From a virus (lineage: Duplodnaviria; Caudoviricetes): a stretch of 26,128 nt of DNA. The notes under the pieces are model-generated. The model saw only the letters and a program-made list of their open reading frames with translations, was not told the origin of the DNA and searched no databases. Location of the stretch: the IMG/VR virus record IMGVR_UViG_3300017770_000132, positions 1 through 26,128 of that record, one strand, 5' to 3'. A program made the translations under genes and the position numbers. Below are positions 24,263 through 26,128 of the stretch, in pieces; position 1 is the stretch's first letter; every line of letters starts with the position of its first letter.

Positions 24263-26109
24263 TATTCGGTATCCCCATACGATTTGCCAACACCGCTTTC
24301 ACACTCAAGCGGTAGTCCTGCTGCCCAACTGGGTACATGACGCATGCACTGCTCTACGTGTGCCCTTGCTTGTACCACATCCTCATCGGGGCAACATATA
24401 GCTATGCTGTCATGCACAGTCATAACAGACTTATACTTCTGATTTATTAGTAGCATTTGTTCGCCAATGATACAACGTGCCAATGCCTGACATACGTTTT
24501 CAACCACCTTACCACCGTATATATTCTTACGTCCACGGCGCGTTTTGTATGAGTATTCGGGCCAAACATCTTCGGGTTCTACTCCCTTGGGCGCAGGGTC
24601 TAACTGCAAGTCTTCGTAAAACATGCGTAACCCCGATGGCAGGATTACCGCGCTCTGTGGTATGTCTATACGCAACACATTTTCACGCCCCACGCGAACC
24701 GCATGACCGTCTACAAGCTGCTTCAACATATACTGGGCTTCATCCCACAGCGTAGGTATCTTCCAATATGTATCACGGTATATATTTATGACACGCCTAG
24801 CTTCCGTTAGATCAACCTCGACGCCCATACCTGCAAGCTGAGTTTTAAACTTCTTAGCCCCCATGCCGTAACCTGCGCCAAGGATTGTAGTCTTACCCAC
24901 AAACCGCTGTGCGCCAGTAACGTCTGCCTCGGCTACTTTGTATATAGCCGCTGCCATCTTTACATAAACATCTTCGCCATCAGAAAACGCCTGAGTTAAT
25001 TCGTCTGCCTCGGCTAACCAAGCTAACACCCGCGCCTCAATCTGAGACGCATCGCATTCAACTATAGTGTGACCCTGTGGGGGTATTATGCTTTTCTTTA
25101 GCTTCTTGCCGTTAGCCCCACGGCTCGGCAGGTTTTGCAGGTTGATCTTATCATCACCGCCCCACCGCCCAGTGTGTGCCGCATAATATCTAATGGGGAC
25201 CGGAAGAGTACCACGTTTAGATATATCTATAAACCGCTGTGTGCGTGTCTCTTCTAAGGTACTTTTAGTACCGAGCCTAGCTGCTATCAACGTTTGCACA
25301 CGCTCGTCTTCATGTTCCTGTAATTCTTGAAACTCTTTGTCAGACTTGGCAAACGCAAATGTTTCTTTCTCTGTCGTGGGGCTGATCTTGACAGGTGGCG
25401 TAACCCCTAACCCAGACAGCAACTCCGCGAACTTGGCATTACTCATTAAGTCTTTTCTGTCAGTGATGTTGGCATCAACCATCAACTTGTCTTTGCGATC
25501 CCGCACATCCTCTAGGTGCATCTCAAGCATGCCCATGTCTAGCTCTAAGCTAGGCTCCGTAAACATGCGTAGCGTTGCGTCTATGATATCTAACTCTTGT
25601 TCAGGGAACTTGGCTTTCATCTGCTGAAAAATAGCGTAAGTCAGGTCCACGTCCTTCTTACAGTACCCTGCGTAGGCGGTCAGTTCTTCCTCGGTAAAAT
25701 CGGCTAGGCGTTTGTCCTTCGCCATGATAACTTCGGTGCCTTTTTCCCCGACACCGTAACGCTCCGCTACATTTTTTAGAGACACGCTTTGCTCTGTACC
25801 GTGCAACGCTCTCGCCATACACAATGTGTCGAGTAAGAATTTAGGTTTGATGTTATAACGCCAGCTCAGGATAGCCCCGTCAAACATCATGTTGTGAGCT
25901 AGTACGTGCGTGTTGTCCCAATCAACAGATGCCAGTAGTTCGGTTACATCATCGGCACCCTGCGCCCACTCGGTCGGATTGGGGCCATGCTTTAGCCCCA
26001 ACCCAATCACTTCAAACCTACGATCACGTATATATTGCTCTGTCGTTATCTTAGCCAGAGAAAAGTTCTGCGCGTAGTAGGTTTCAAAGTCTAACGTAAC
26101 AAGGTTCAC
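24262..26109 (-). CDS. polA: Phage DNA polymerase family A with 3'-5' exonuclease
   Basis: 615 aa, GTG start. Exo I LDFET, Exo II HNMMFD, Exo III YCKKD; HTGRW..NLQNLP; motif A DASQIEAR; motif B RFVGKTTILGAGYG; motif C VHDS. Confidence 0.92.
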   Translation of the reverse strand: MNLVTLDFETYYAQNFSLAKITTEQYIRDRRFEVIGLGLKHGPNPTEWAQGADDVTELLASVDWDNTHVLAHNMMFDGAILSWRYNIKPKFLLDTLCMARALHGTEQSVSLKNVAERYGVGEKGTEVIMAKDKRLADFTEEELTAYAGYCKKDVDLTYAIFQQMKAKFPEQELDIIDATLRMFTEPSLELDMGMLEMHLEDVRDRKDKLMVDANITDRKDLMSNAKFAELLSGLGVTPPVKISPTTEKETFAFAKSDKEFQELQEHEDERVQTLIAARLGTKSTLEETRTQRFIDISKRGTLPVPIRYYAAHTGRWGGDDKINLQNLPSRGANGKKLKKSIIPPQGHTIVECDASQIEARVLAWLAEADELTQAFSDGEDVYVKMAAAIYKVAEADVTGAQRFVGKTTILGAGYGMGAKKFKTQLAGMGVEVDLTEARRVINIYRDTYWKIPTLWDEAQYMLKQLVDGHAVRVGRENVLRIDIPQSAVILPSGLRMFYEDLQLDPAPKGVEPEDVWPEYSYKTRRGRKNIYGGKVVENVCQALARCIIGEQMLLINQKYKSVMTVHDSIAICCPDEDVVQARAHVEQCMRHVPSWAAGLPLECESGVGKSYGDTE

Positions 26110-26128
26110 TTCTTTGTTACTTTCTTTA
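26106..26128 (-). CDS. Possible 3' end of an upstream gene (partial)
   Basis: Reads ...KKVTKK* with a GTGA overlap onto the polymerase start, like the other coupled junctions. Too short to identify. Confidence 0.3.

Overview
The whole window is a gene-dense fragment of a tailed dsDNA phage genome, most likely a podovirus. The host is probably a marine alphaproteobacterium, which is inference only. It has two convergent arms that meet at a terminator at about 15.8 kb. The + arm (1-15811) holds the end of an M15-type endolysin, a P22 gp10-like tail nozzle, two probable virion proteins, a GNAT-fold protein and three ejection/internal virion proteins. The last of these is a giant polyvalent protein with an embedded FtsK-gamma-like winged helix, an HExxH zincin and a PLxRFG-like motif. 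A single in-frame TAA interrupts it (2023 aa + stop + 389 aa). The - arm (26109-15896) is a replication operon: family A DNA polymerase (Leu762 type), GIY-YIG protein, Cas4/RecB-like nuclease, HNH-like protein, SNF2 helicase, small conserved protein, Xis-like HTH, two putative SSBs, AEP-PriCT-DUF927 primase-helicase and a small conserved protein. The most interesting signals are the FtsK-gamma domain in an ejected protein, the lone in-frame stop, a possible MxxGG processing system with a candidate processing domain and a GNAT, and a switch-like RNA element at the convergence that carries an anti-SD sequence complementary to the phage's own RBSs. All calls come from reading motifs by eye; no database searches were run.
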